Assembly: GCA_963681965.1 (NCBI GenBank)
Contig: OY820579.1
Coordinates: forward strand, 4,180,868-4,244,867
From: a bacterium
Lineage (GTDB): Bacteria; Electryoneota; JAOADG01
Direction: 5' to 3'
DNA length: 64,000 bases
Shown here: in pieces, positions 1 to 9,371 of the stretch
How positions within the stretch are numbered: position 1 is the first letter of the stretch
How the letters are laid out: each line of letters opens with the position of its first letter
Position numbers and translations under genes: made by a program
The notes under the pieces: generated by a model
Database searches by the model: none
The model's input: the letters and a program-made list of their open reading frames with translations, nothing else
Told to the model about the DNA's origin: nothing

Positions 1-83
1 AAGCGTTGGACTTTAGTTCATTCTCTGTTTCATTTTTCAAGAATTGCAGATGGAAGACCGAAGCGACAAATCAGTGTGTCATG

Positions 84-381
84 GTAGGGGCGGTTCGCGA
101 ACCGCCCGTAACAGTTGAATTGGCAGAATACGAAAATTAAAATATTGAATTAAAAGATGCGGGCGTTTTACCTTCACTGAGCGCTTCGCGGTTGCCATTA
201 GCCCTACTGGGGCTTATGCACCAGACACGGGCGGTTCGCGAACCGCCCCTACCAAAGATGTATAGATAAAGAATGAACAGCCATAAGTCCGCTACCAAAA
301 AAGATACAAGAAGAGTCGGAATAAATTCCGCGCCACATGAAAACAATTACTGATACAAACGGTGGTCAGAACAAGTTCTAC
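84..381. repeat. Mosaic REP-like palindrome array 1
   Basis: GTAGGGGCGGTTCGCGAACCGCCC at 84-107 and its inverse at 229-252. Degenerate AGTCCGCTAC (~286), GTCGGAATAAATTCCG (~315) and GGTGGTCAGAACAAGTTCTAC (361-381). All of these families recur elsewhere in the window. Confidence 0.85.
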
Positions 382-1502
382 GGATTACATGTCGAATACA
401 CGATAGGATCGATCCGCAATAGCTCCTTCGGATTGTAGCCGTGCGGCAGAGCAATCCCAAATTGTTTCGCATTCTTCAACTCGAAGCGCGCCTCGACTTC
501 GGTCTTCACACCATTGTCAGAAATCTGGTAAGCTCCGGGCAACGCCGTCCGCAGATCGCCCAGCGAAGTCGGCAGCGAAAGCTCTTTCCCGGTCGAAATG
601 GATTGCGGCGAAATTTCCTGATCCGGTTTCGTCGCTTCCATCGCCCCTTCCAAACCATCGACATTAATTAGAATCTGTTTCGGATCGGCACCCGGTTGCA
701 CCACGAAATCGAATTTCAACGAACCATTTTGCTCATGCCACTCGACATCGATCCCGGGCCAGACATTGCGATACGTCAAACCAGTGTAATTACGACAATG
801 CGGTGCCCACTTCGTGGAATCCTTACCGATAAAATAGTTATTCTTCCATGATAATTTGCCGCTCGTTACAACCGCTTCCGGTGTGGTATACTTCGACCGA
901 TCCACCACCGTGTCATACGGATCCTGCGCGAGATGCTTTCGGTACCAGTCAACCAGTTGCTGCCGCTCGATCTGTGCCGGCGACATATCTTTGAAGCTAT
1001 CCGGTTCGACGAATTGCAGATCGGAATCGATGGAAAATGTTATCGCTGAATTGCTGGTATCATTCAAGTTCGGAGGTCGGACACTCTTGTCCGACTCCAT
1101 TAAAATTTTAGAAGTCGATTTTTCGGCAGCAAGTTGTTGCGCACTCTTCACGAATTTGAATTTGAGGACGTGCCCTTTCATCGGATAGCGCGGCGGGAAT
1201 CGCCCCGCCATGCCGCCACGTGCCATCGGGTCTTCGATCGGTGGCTTGGTGGTGTCGCGAGTCATCGTCACCATCGTGATCCCTTCGCGTTCGAGGAACC
1301 ATGTCATACCGTTGTGACCGATGCATTTGAACAGGACATGTGGATCCCACTGCCCTTTGTTCTCGGTAAAATTGAACCACTTCGGCGGTTCCTTCACCTT
1401 AGTAGGAATCGGTGCAGGTGATGTTTTATTTTGCGCCGAAGTGATAGTTGCCAGTATGAACAATATCGCTAGTGCGATCCCGATATGCACATTCTTTCGC
1501 AT
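378..1502 (-). CDS. Exported protein with the N-terminal domain typical of SBBP-repeat proteins (DUF7948-like); probably C-terminally truncated
   Basis: Signal peptide MRKNVHIGIALAILFILATITSAQ from ATG 1502. Motifs FTENKGQW, NNYFIGKD..KW, YRNVWPGIDV, LKFDFVVQPGADP and IDPIVYST. The stop falls where the SBBP repeats normally begin. Confidence 0.7.
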   Translation of the reverse strand: MRKNVHIGIALAILFILATITSAQNKTSPAPIPTKVKEPPKWFNFTENKGQWDPHVLFKCIGHNGMTWFLEREGITMVTMTRDTTKPPIEDPMARGGMAGRFPPRYPMKGHVLKFKFVKSAQQLAAEKSTSKILMESDKSVRPPNLNDTSNSAITFSIDSDLQFVEPDSFKDMSPAQIERQQLVDWYRKHLAQDPYDTVVDRSKYTTPEAVVTSGKLSWKNNYFIGKDSTKWAPHCRNYTGLTYRNVWPGIDVEWHEQNGSLKFDFVVQPGADPKQILINVDGLEGAMEATKPDQEISPQSISTGKELSLPTSLGDLRTALPGAYQISDNGVKTEVEARFELKNAKQFGIALPHGYNPKELLRIDPIVYSTCNP

Positions 1503-1615
1503 GTATAGTTTCCCTGAATTCAACTCGCCGCATCTGCTCATAATAATCACATTCTCGTAATTTGTAGCCGGAAGTTTCAGCCTGCGTTTTATATTTCTCT
1601 TTCTCTGCAGGTGCA

Positions 1616-4600
1616 CTATGCACGATCGCCAATTTCAATCGCACACCCGAGCACAAGTGACCAAATCACACCGCGTGCCAGTAAACCTGTGGCATTGCGT
1701 ACCGCTTGGCAATAAAGTTGCAACTGCGCACTGTATCGCTCGACCAGAATTTGCGGATCGGTTACCGCATCGCTCTTGAAATCGATTACTATCCACTCTC
1801 TGCCGATCTGCGCCAGCAAATCGATTCGACCACTCACCAGCGCCTCGCCGGAATGATAGAGCAGCGGATACTCGACTTGAAAATCACTGATGTACACTTG
1901 TTGCGCAAGTTCCGAATCGAGCCACTGGTGTGTCATCTGCCCGATACGCGTCGACCACTCCTGCCGTATCGTCGAAGTTAATTGCTCAGCGTCAAGCAAC
2001 GTCAATTGCCGAGCAACGATTTGCGCGATTTGCTCATCGGTGGAAGAACGATCCACTCGCGCCAATACTTCGTGAATTGCAGTACCAAATATTCTGCCTA
2101 AATCGGTTTCTTCACCCGGTTGCAGACTTTGGGTGAATGTCGCTTCGTCATGGGTCACTGCGGTTGCCGACATTAGTGACAACGGCTTACTGAAGCGCAA
2201 TGGTTCCGGATAGCAAATCTCGGTATCCGGCAATTCACTCGTCGTTAAAGCGCCTGCGGCTGGAAGTGTGCGCCAGTCAATGCATTCGGATGTCTCAGCA
2301 GCGATGGCATTGCGGACAGCTTCGGAAAAATCGAGACTGCTACTCTTCTTTCGCGGCAAGAGTGGCAGAATTAACCGTTGCTTTGCGCGAGTACAAGCGA
2401 CATAGAACAGCCGCTTTCGCTCCTCCTGCTCGCGTTCGCGATAACTGCTCAGCGCATCGCCGAATTGCAGCGTGCGGTACCACTCATTAAAATTGAGTTG
2501 CGTTTTTCCGGTCACGGGGTGATTCAGAATCATCGGTGTCCGCTTCTCGCCCGGATCGCCCCAATACGGCGCACCGTGAACGAAAACCCACTCGAATTCC
2601 AATCCTTTTGCGCCATGCACCGTCATCATCCGCACTGCCGACTCTTCCGGTATCGCCGGTGACGACAAGCGTTGCGCATCGTTCACTAACTGTCGCAACT
2701 GCTCCGACGCCGCCAGTAACGATGTTCCGACCGGCATTCGCCGCAAGAGCGTGAGCAATCCGTCGAGCTTCGCGCGCATCGCCGGACCACCATCGCGCCA
2801 ACTCGCCAACACGATTCCAGTGCGATCGAATAACTCCTGTGCAATCGATATTGGACTCCGTTCGAATGATTGCCGCGCCAACTCCGATAGCAGCGCGAGT
2901 GCATTCCGCAACAATGCCGGTGCCCCATCCGGCGCTGGTTCCAATTGCATCATCCGAACCGTGTCGTTTGCAAGATTGCTCGTTTCCAGCGACTTGCGCC
3001 ACCACCACAGTTCCTTGTCGGGTACCGCGAACAACGCACCGCGCAGTGCTCCCAGTAACGCGACTCCATCGCTCGGATCGGCAATTACCGCTAATGCATT
3101 GATCGCATCGCGAATTAAATCGTCATCGAAAAATCCGCGATTCAATTGATTGATGAACGGAATTCGATAACTGCGAAACGCCTTTTCATACGTCGCCGCC
3201 GCACTGGATGTCGGCAACAGCAGCGCAATTTCCGACCAATTCACGGCACCTTTCGAATCGATTGGCAACGTACCCTTGTCGCGGCAGTGTGCCAGATACG
3301 CGGCAACCGCTTGTGCGGTGTTTCGCGTACCTTCGTCGGCGGAATACGACTCCTCGGCTGGTCCTTGTAGCAAGACAATTCCGGTTTTCGCCGTCGATTT
3401 ATCGTCGTCGTTCGGAGCCACCATCACTGGCGGATTCGCGTCAAAGATTTGGGCAAACAGTCGATTGAAAAAATCGATCAGCGTTTTCGTCGAACGGAAA
3501 TTCGCCGACAGTTGCGAAATTGCCTCGACATTTTCCTGCTGTAAAGCGTCGTGCAATCGATCGCGAAATTGTGTGACATCGGCATTGCGAAACCCGTAGA
3601 TCGATTGATTGCTGTCACCCACCACAAACAGCGTACGTTCGTTCGGAGTATGTTGCGCCGCGACGGCTTCCCACAGCGCCACTTGCCGTGGATCGCTGTC
3701 CTGTGCTTCGTCGAGATGAAGATGTTGAAACCGAATCGGAGCATGAGGAGTAGCATCTGGATTGGACAGAAATGCAATTGCCAATTCGATTAAATCGTCG
3801 AAGCGCGCCTCGCCGTTTGCCAGCAGCGCTGTTCGAAATCGCTCCGATAAATCCTGCAGCGGTCGTTCCCAGCGTCCCGCCTCCCGCGCCGCGAGCAGAT
3901 TTCGCCACTGCAATGCCGCATCGATCCAACCTGCGATCAGCTCTCTAGCTCGAGTAAGTGTGTCGGGATCGATCCAACTACTTTTCGCACCAGTTTTCTT
4001 GAAGCTGCGAACCGCGCCGGTTCCAGTGAGCGCAAAGGTACTTAACCACTCCTGAATGTCGACCAGATACTCGGTGGAATTCTCGGTTGCCGATAGCTGC
4101 AATGTCGTCCATCCATCGAGTCCAAGTTGCATTCGTTGCGCTAGTTTGTCACGCACATCGCTGCACTGACGCAGGCAATTTCGAATGGACGATACAAGCT
4201 GCTCGACAGATTCAAACGATTGTTGAATTTCACAGTCCGTCGGGGGAGCATCGAATTCAATACAGTTCAATTCAACCGCATGATCGGCAATACTGTTGCA
4301 TAAATTCCGTGTGATCGCATCGACGGATATCGCATCGACATGCAGCGTAGTAACGTCTTCGCGATGTCGCCACTCGTTCACGACCGCTGCCAACCGGCGT
4401 GACAATTCCAGATCATCGATTACTTGCAATTCCGGATCGATACTTGCCGTGAGCGGTGCTTGTTTGATCAGATGCAACGCGAAAGAGTGAATTGTACCGA
4501 CAAACATCCGTCGTACCGACCGAATCTGTTCCGGCGAAATCGGTGCAGTATCCGTATCGGTCGCACGTGCGCGCAATCGGGCTATCACCCGCTTCTTCAA

Positions 4601-4807
4601 TTCGCCTGCCGCTTTTTCGGTAAATGTGATCGCGACAATGGATGCCGGATCGATTCCCGATGCAATCATATTCGCAATGCGGGTCACGAGTACTTCGGTT
4701 TTTCCGGCACCGGCACCGGCAGAAAGCCAAATCGTCTGTGGTGGCGTAGCAGTTGCGCGTTCGCGTTCGGCAAGATCGGGTAGCCTATTCATCGGTACCC
4801 TCCGCAA
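1616..4807 (-). CDS. addA: ATP-dependent helicase/nuclease subunit A (AddA, UvrD-type helicase plus PD-(D/E)XK nuclease)
   Basis: Motifs AGAGAGKT, AITFTEKAA.E, DEAQD, VGD.NQSIYGFR.AD, NFRS, MTVHGAKGLEF, RLFYVACTRA; C-terminal GRIDLL..IDFKS..Y..QL..Y. The start may be 4792. Confidence 0.9.
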   Translation of the reverse strand: MRRVPMNRLPDLAERERATATPPQTIWLSAGAGAGKTEVLVTRIANMIASGIDPASIVAITFTEKAAGELKKRVIARLRARATDTDTAPISPEQIRSVRRMFVGTIHSFALHLIKQAPLTASIDPELQVIDDLELSRRLAAVVNEWRHREDVTTLHVDAISVDAITRNLCNSIADHAVELNCIEFDAPPTDCEIQQSFESVEQLVSSIRNCLRQCSDVRDKLAQRMQLGLDGWTTLQLSATENSTEYLVDIQEWLSTFALTGTGAVRSFKKTGAKSSWIDPDTLTRARELIAGWIDAALQWRNLLAAREAGRWERPLQDLSERFRTALLANGEARFDDLIELAIAFLSNPDATPHAPIRFQHLHLDEAQDSDPRQVALWEAVAAQHTPNERTLFVVGDSNQSIYGFRNADVTQFRDRLHDALQQENVEAISQLSANFRSTKTLIDFFNRLFAQIFDANPPVMVAPNDDDKSTAKTGIVLLQGPAEESYSADEGTRNTAQAVAAYLAHCRDKGTLPIDSKGAVNWSEIALLLPTSSAAATYEKAFRSYRIPFINQLNRGFFDDDLIRDAINALAVIADPSDGVALLGALRGALFAVPDKELWWWRKSLETSNLANDTVRMMQLEPAPDGAPALLRNALALLSELARQSFERSPISIAQELFDRTGIVLASWRDGGPAMRAKLDGLLTLLRRMPVGTSLLAASEQLRQLVNDAQRLSSPAIPEESAVRMMTVHGAKGLEFEWVFVHGAPYWGDPGEKRTPMILNHPVTGKTQLNFNEWYRTLQFGDALSSYREREQEERKRLFYVACTRAKQRLILPLLPRKKSSSLDFSEAVRNAIAAETSECIDWRTLPAAGALTTSELPDTEICYPEPLRFSKPLSLMSATAVTHDEATFTQSLQPGEETDLGRIFGTAIHEVLARVDRSSTDEQIAQIVARQLTLLDAEQLTSTIRQEWSTRIGQMTHQWLDSELAQQVYISDFQVEYPLLYHSGEALVSGRIDLLAQIGREWIVIDFKSDAVTDPQILVERYSAQLQLYCQAVRNATGLLARGVIWSLVLGCAIEIGDRA

Positions 4808-7712
4808 CCGGTTTTCTCGAAGCAGTTAACCGAAATTGGATTCCGGTCAGCGATGCAATCCGCGCCTCATCGATTGCATCCGGTTCGAGTACGCGTTCGC
4901 CGCAGACTGTCGCAAATGGACAACGATCGCACTCCTCTTTCAACATGCCATGTGCAGGCATCGGTTGTGGTGTCGGTGCGAAATTGCCGCTGCGAATTCC
5001 GTCGACAATCCCAACCAGCAATTCACTTGCCTGTTCGCACAACATCTGCAACTCAATTCCGCTACAGCGGACATTTCCCGGTTTGTGCGGATTCAAATAC
5101 ATCCAGGCAACTTCATCGACACTGCCCCAGTCTGCTGCTTCGGCTGCCAGCTTGTACAGCGGTCCTTGCAGAATTCGAGTCGCGGAAAATGTCAATTCTT
5201 TCGGTGGTGGCAATCTACCCGTCTTGTAATCGATAATGCGCAATCGCTTGGCATCGCCGTCAAGCATCAGCGTTTGTACTAAATCGACGCGACCGCGAAA
5301 ATGAATCGTCGCATTGTCCAACACTACTTGTTGTGCGACTTTATCGCGTGCAAACTCCTTTTCCACTTCTTGACCGACCGGTCGCTCGGTAAATTCATCA
5401 CACAATTTCCGCCATGTTTCCAGTCGCGTTCGAACAGTCCTGTGAATCAGCGCGCGTTCGATCGGGTCGCGTTTCGCATCGGGAATGTGTTCCTGATCGA
5501 GTGCCTGTGCGATGCACTGTTCCCAATCTGCCGCATCGGCTTGTGCCGCTTCACCACGCCAATTCTCCAGAATCTTGTGTACCACCGATCCCACTTGCCG
5601 ATCGTAACGGTCGTCGCGATCCACCAGTTGCAATGGTAGCAGATAGCGGAAAAATCCTCGCAACGGACAACTGAGAAAATCTTCGAATGACTGTACCGAA
5701 CGCAGTCGAGTAATCTCGGTTTCGCCGATTTCAGTCGGTGAGATATTTCCCCATTGATCGACTGCAACCAGAGGTGGAATCGGTACCGATGGGGGTAACG
5801 CTATCATGCAATCGGCGGCAATTGAATGACAGCGACTGATCAGAATTTCTTTTTGCGAGAGTGCGACTGATTTCAACAAATCGATTCGCTCGACAATTTC
5901 GGTATGTTCCTGTTCACCGATCGATTTCTGGAAATCGGAATAGTGAGGCGATTCCGGTTGTTCGCGACCGCTGCCAAGTTGAAATCGATTCCGGCTGATA
6001 ACGATGCGGTCGCCTTGCGCAACCGCCATCGCAAATAGCCATGACGCTTCGTCTTCGCGATCGGAACCAGTTCCGAAAATCGGAAAACGGTGTTGCCGAT
6101 TCCAGGCAGTGCGCAATATTTCCGGTAAAATTGGACTATCGACAACTCCGGAAATCCCAATGCCACCACCTGGCGCTAACACTACCCGGAACAGCGCACC
6201 ACGCAACGCATGGATCGATCCGACCAACACACCACCGGGCTGGTTATTGTTCGATATTTGCGCCTTTGCCAATGCCGATCGTACCAGCGACAACCACTCG
6301 CCGAAGGCTAGCCGCGGTTCTTCGACGATCCAGCTTTTCGAAGTTAGAAGAGTGGACGTAAAAATTTCGAGTGCTTCGCGTTCGCATGGCGACTGGCAGT
6401 CGTCTCTACGCCACCATTTCGCCGATGCACTTAATAATAAATCGATTTTTCGATCGAGCGAATCGGTCGCGAATATTCCCTTGACTGCCAGAATCGACTG
6501 TGCTTCCGCCAGCGGCATGCGCTTTGACAGTCGTTCCAGTCGATCGGGTATCGCCGTGCTTTTACCGAGATATGATTCATTCAATATTTTATTCAGTTGC
6601 TCAGTCGACATCGCACAACCGATTGCACGCAGCATTCCGCCCACTGTTTCGGGACGTTCCGGATCGGCAAACCATTCCCACAACAACTGACTGCGCCGAC
6701 CAATTCCGGTGCGGAGAAACGATTCACCTTCGAGAAATTGCAATGGTACTTCAACCCGCTCGGAGTACTCCCGCAAGACTTCCAAATATGGATCGGTGGT
6801 GGCAAGGACAATTGCCTGTTCATGGAAAGGAATGCCCTCTACCATTGCCAGCTTTACACTATAGCGGAGCAATGCATCGATCTCACCTGCTTCATCGCCG
6901 GCAACCACGGTATGGCATCCGGTTGCGAGCGGTTGCCCCGACAGACGTTCCACGATGCGATCCGACGAAATCGAATCGCTTGCTGCATCTCCGAATAGAT
7001 GTTGTAGCAGCGGCATCATCCGCCGGGAATATTCGGCATAGTCGCTTCGGGAAGTCGGCAGCAGAAAGTGAAGTTGCAAGTTGTTACGTTTGAGAAATTG
7101 AACCAGCGCGACAAAATAATCGATTTGCGATGGTGCAAAATCGTAGAATCCGGCAAAAATCATATTACCGGAATAGATCGGATCGAGGTCGGATGGTTGC
7201 GATTGTGCCAAGATACGTGCCGCTTCACGGAAGCGCCGGGCGCGGTACCCGATCCCGATCGATTCCGCGAATGTTCTTAATTCGAGTAGTGTCTTCGCCG
7301 TCGATTGCAGCGGTTCGTCGATGCCCGCCGGGACTTGTTTGACATCCGCTTCCAGTAACTCTTCGGCGGCACTCAGCAAGGTTCGTGCACCACTATTATG
7401 AATTCGTAATAGAGCCAGCGGATGTCCGTCCGGCAGATTGCGTAACCACCGGCGCAGTTTCAGCAGTGCAATTTCAGTTGGAGTTTTTTGAATGGTGAGT
7501 TGGAACCGTTCGATTAACGCGTTCAGTGTGACAATTTCGACACCGATCAAACTTCTGCCGGGACTGGCGAGCAAAAACCGCAACACCCGCTCGCGCATCG
7601 TTCGATCGGGAACGACGATCGTGCAGCGCTTGCGCTCAGATTGCGCGCGGGTCAATTCGTCGACAACCGCCGAATACAGTGCTTCGACTGCGACCAGACG
7701 CCAGCTCATCAA
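4785..7712 (-). CDS. addB: AddB-like nuclease subunit (inactive helicase fold plus PD-(D/E)XK domain with Fe-S cysteines)
   Basis: FLSCPL ... GRVDLV ... IIDYKTG ... Q..LY ... CDRCPFATVC (1+3 Cys staple). Overlaps the addA start. Confidence 0.85.
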   Translation of the reverse strand: MMSWRLVAVEALYSAVVDELTRAQSERKRCTIVVPDRTMRERVLRFLLASPGRSLIGVEIVTLNALIERFQLTIQKTPTEIALLKLRRWLRNLPDGHPLALLRIHNSGARTLLSAAEELLEADVKQVPAGIDEPLQSTAKTLLELRTFAESIGIGYRARRFREAARILAQSQPSDLDPIYSGNMIFAGFYDFAPSQIDYFVALVQFLKRNNLQLHFLLPTSRSDYAEYSRRMMPLLQHLFGDAASDSISSDRIVERLSGQPLATGCHTVVAGDEAGEIDALLRYSVKLAMVEGIPFHEQAIVLATTDPYLEVLREYSERVEVPLQFLEGESFLRTGIGRRSQLLWEWFADPERPETVGGMLRAIGCAMSTEQLNKILNESYLGKSTAIPDRLERLSKRMPLAEAQSILAVKGIFATDSLDRKIDLLLSASAKWWRRDDCQSPCEREALEIFTSTLLTSKSWIVEEPRLAFGEWLSLVRSALAKAQISNNNQPGGVLVGSIHALRGALFRVVLAPGGGIGISGVVDSPILPEILRTAWNRQHRFPIFGTGSDREDEASWLFAMAVAQGDRIVISRNRFQLGSGREQPESPHYSDFQKSIGEQEHTEIVERIDLLKSVALSQKEILISRCHSIAADCMIALPPSVPIPPLVAVDQWGNISPTEIGETEITRLRSVQSFEDFLSCPLRGFFRYLLPLQLVDRDDRYDRQVGSVVHKILENWRGEAAQADAADWEQCIAQALDQEHIPDAKRDPIERALIHRTVRTRLETWRKLCDEFTERPVGQEVEKEFARDKVAQQVVLDNATIHFRGRVDLVQTLMLDGDAKRLRIIDYKTGRLPPPKELTFSATRILQGPLYKLAAEAADWGSVDEVAWMYLNPHKPGNVRCSGIELQMLCEQASELLVGIVDGIRSGNFAPTPQPMPAHGMLKEECDRCPFATVCGERVLEPDAIDEARIASLTGIQFRLTASRKPVAEGTDE

Positions 7713-8149
7713 TGAGTCCGGTTGCGGCGTCGACGCAGATCGAGCAACACATCGAGAAAGAATTTTTTCGACGGTTGAAAATCCTGGCGTAGAAATCGTA
7801 CCGATTTCAACACCTCGATTTCATCCGGCGAGATATTGTATAGAATCCGCGCTTCCTCGTCGTGCAGCAGTTCATTGAGTTCCGGATACGTGCCATAACC
7901 CGGTTCTGCGTGCGCTTCGGTAGTGCCCGGTTCGTAACTCGATAGCAAATCGCTCGGTTTGCAATCCATCGCTTTGGCGAATCGAACGATCAAATCTACT
8001 GTCGGTGAACTTTGTCCCCGCTCCAGATTCGAGATATAGGGGCGCGTCACCATCGCGCGTTCAGCGAGTTCCTGTTGCGACAATCCGCGCTCTTCCCGCA
8101 TCTGCCGGATGTGTTCGCCTAGCCCTTTGTTATCGCGTTTGTGTTCCAT
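7709..8149 (-). CDS. XRE-family helix-turn-helix transcriptional regulator
   Basis: GEHIRQMREERGLSQQELAERAMVTRPYISNLERG..SPT. The stop overlaps the addB start codon. Confidence 0.9.
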   Translation of the reverse strand: MEHKRDNKGLGEHIRQMREERGLSQQELAERAMVTRPYISNLERGQSSPTVDLIVRFAKAMDCKPSDLLSSYEPGTTEAHAEPGYGTYPELNELLHDEEARILYNISPDEIEVLKSVRFLRQDFQPSKKFFLDVLLDLRRRRNRTH

Positions 8150-8185
8150 TCCCGTGCTCTCCCGTTTATCTTCCTGCTAATTCTG

Positions 8186-9046
8186 TCAACAATACTCGCG
8201 AATCAATTCCTCGATCTGCATGCGAATCGGTTGTTGTTGATCCAAGGTAAAACCATCGACCGACTCTGTCGATTGCAACGTTCGACCATCGATTGCACCG
8301 CATTCGATCATTTCTCGCAGAAGCAGTTGCTCCAGTTCGCGATCGGGCAAGAGCGATCGCTTCAATTCCACGGTCAATCCCGCCAACACGCCCCACACGC
8401 CCCAATTCGATATGCCTGCGACAATCAAATGATCGGTGGGTACCCGACAGGCAATGCGCGCACCGTGTGCAATACTCTGCTCGATCGCTTCGGGATTCAA
8501 TTTGCCCATCCCGATTTCATTTCCACCATCGCCAATGCCGGTAGTGTTGATTCCCGCAGCCCGCGCAGCCTCGAAACACGATTCCAGCGAATAATACTGG
8601 TCGGTGACAGCATCGCCACTCATTGCATAGCAGATCCCATCCATAGCCGGACCGACCCGCTCGATCGCGACCAGATGATCGACTTGATCGATTCGAAACT
8701 CGCGCCAATCAACCAATTCAAACGGTATTCGTAACTGCGTTTGAAGCACTTCGAACAGCGATCGTGAAAATTGATCGCAGACAATTGTCGCTGTCCGCTC
8801 CAATCGTTGCCACGCCAACGCCAGTTCCAGAGCACCGAGCGGACCGTCGGTTTCGCAGGCGAGCGCTGCACCGACTGGAAATCCGGTAATGATACCGAGT
8901 CGATTCGCACTCTTCAATTGCGCACAACTCCGTGCCAAATCGCCCGGACAGAGCAAACTGGCAACTCCGCGCGCACCCGGATCGGTAATTAGAATCTGTT
9001 CCAACTGATCGTAAAAATCTTGAGTAAGCATTGTCAACGCTACCAT
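8186..9046 (-). CDS. DUF4392 / D-glutamate cyclase-like protein
   Basis: Motifs ITGFP, ETDGPLGA, VAIERVG, GIGDGGNEIGMG, AGISNWG. Confidence 0.85.
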   Translation of the reverse strand: MVALTMLTQDFYDQLEQILITDPGARGVASLLCPGDLARSCAQLKSANRLGIITGFPVGAALACETDGPLGALELALAWQRLERTATIVCDQFSRSLFEVLQTQLRIPFELVDWREFRIDQVDHLVAIERVGPAMDGICYAMSGDAVTDQYYSLESCFEAARAAGINTTGIGDGGNEIGMGKLNPEAIEQSIAHGARIACRVPTDHLIVAGISNWGVWGVLAGLTVELKRSLLPDRELEQLLLREMIECGAIDGRTLQSTESVDGFTLDQQQPIRMQIEELIREYC

Positions 9047-9371
9047 TCGTGGTTATCGTGCATAAAATCAAACAAATGTGGTAAATCAAACGCGTCATAG
9101 CTCGTATTATTCGAGCATATATTACGAATAAGGTAAACTATAACAAACAGGTATTGCAAGTGGATATTGCCGCTTTATCTGCGAAATTACCACACAAAGA
9201 CGAATTATTGTTATCTTCAAAAAAGCATAATATTCGCACCATTGGTTCGATCATTGCCGGTTGCATCACAACCGATCTTGCGGGAATTGACTTCTCGGCT
9301 AGACTGTGCAGTACGAAAATCGTACCGTGTATAGTGCGTTTGCCGACGTTGGTGTCGGTTGGGGAGAATTC

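Noticed and set aside
4785-5700. Cas4 or anti-phage nuclease
   Set aside because: The PD-(D/E)XK/Fe-S domain is the C-terminus of a ~975-aa protein paired with an AddA helicase, which is the normal AddB architecture.
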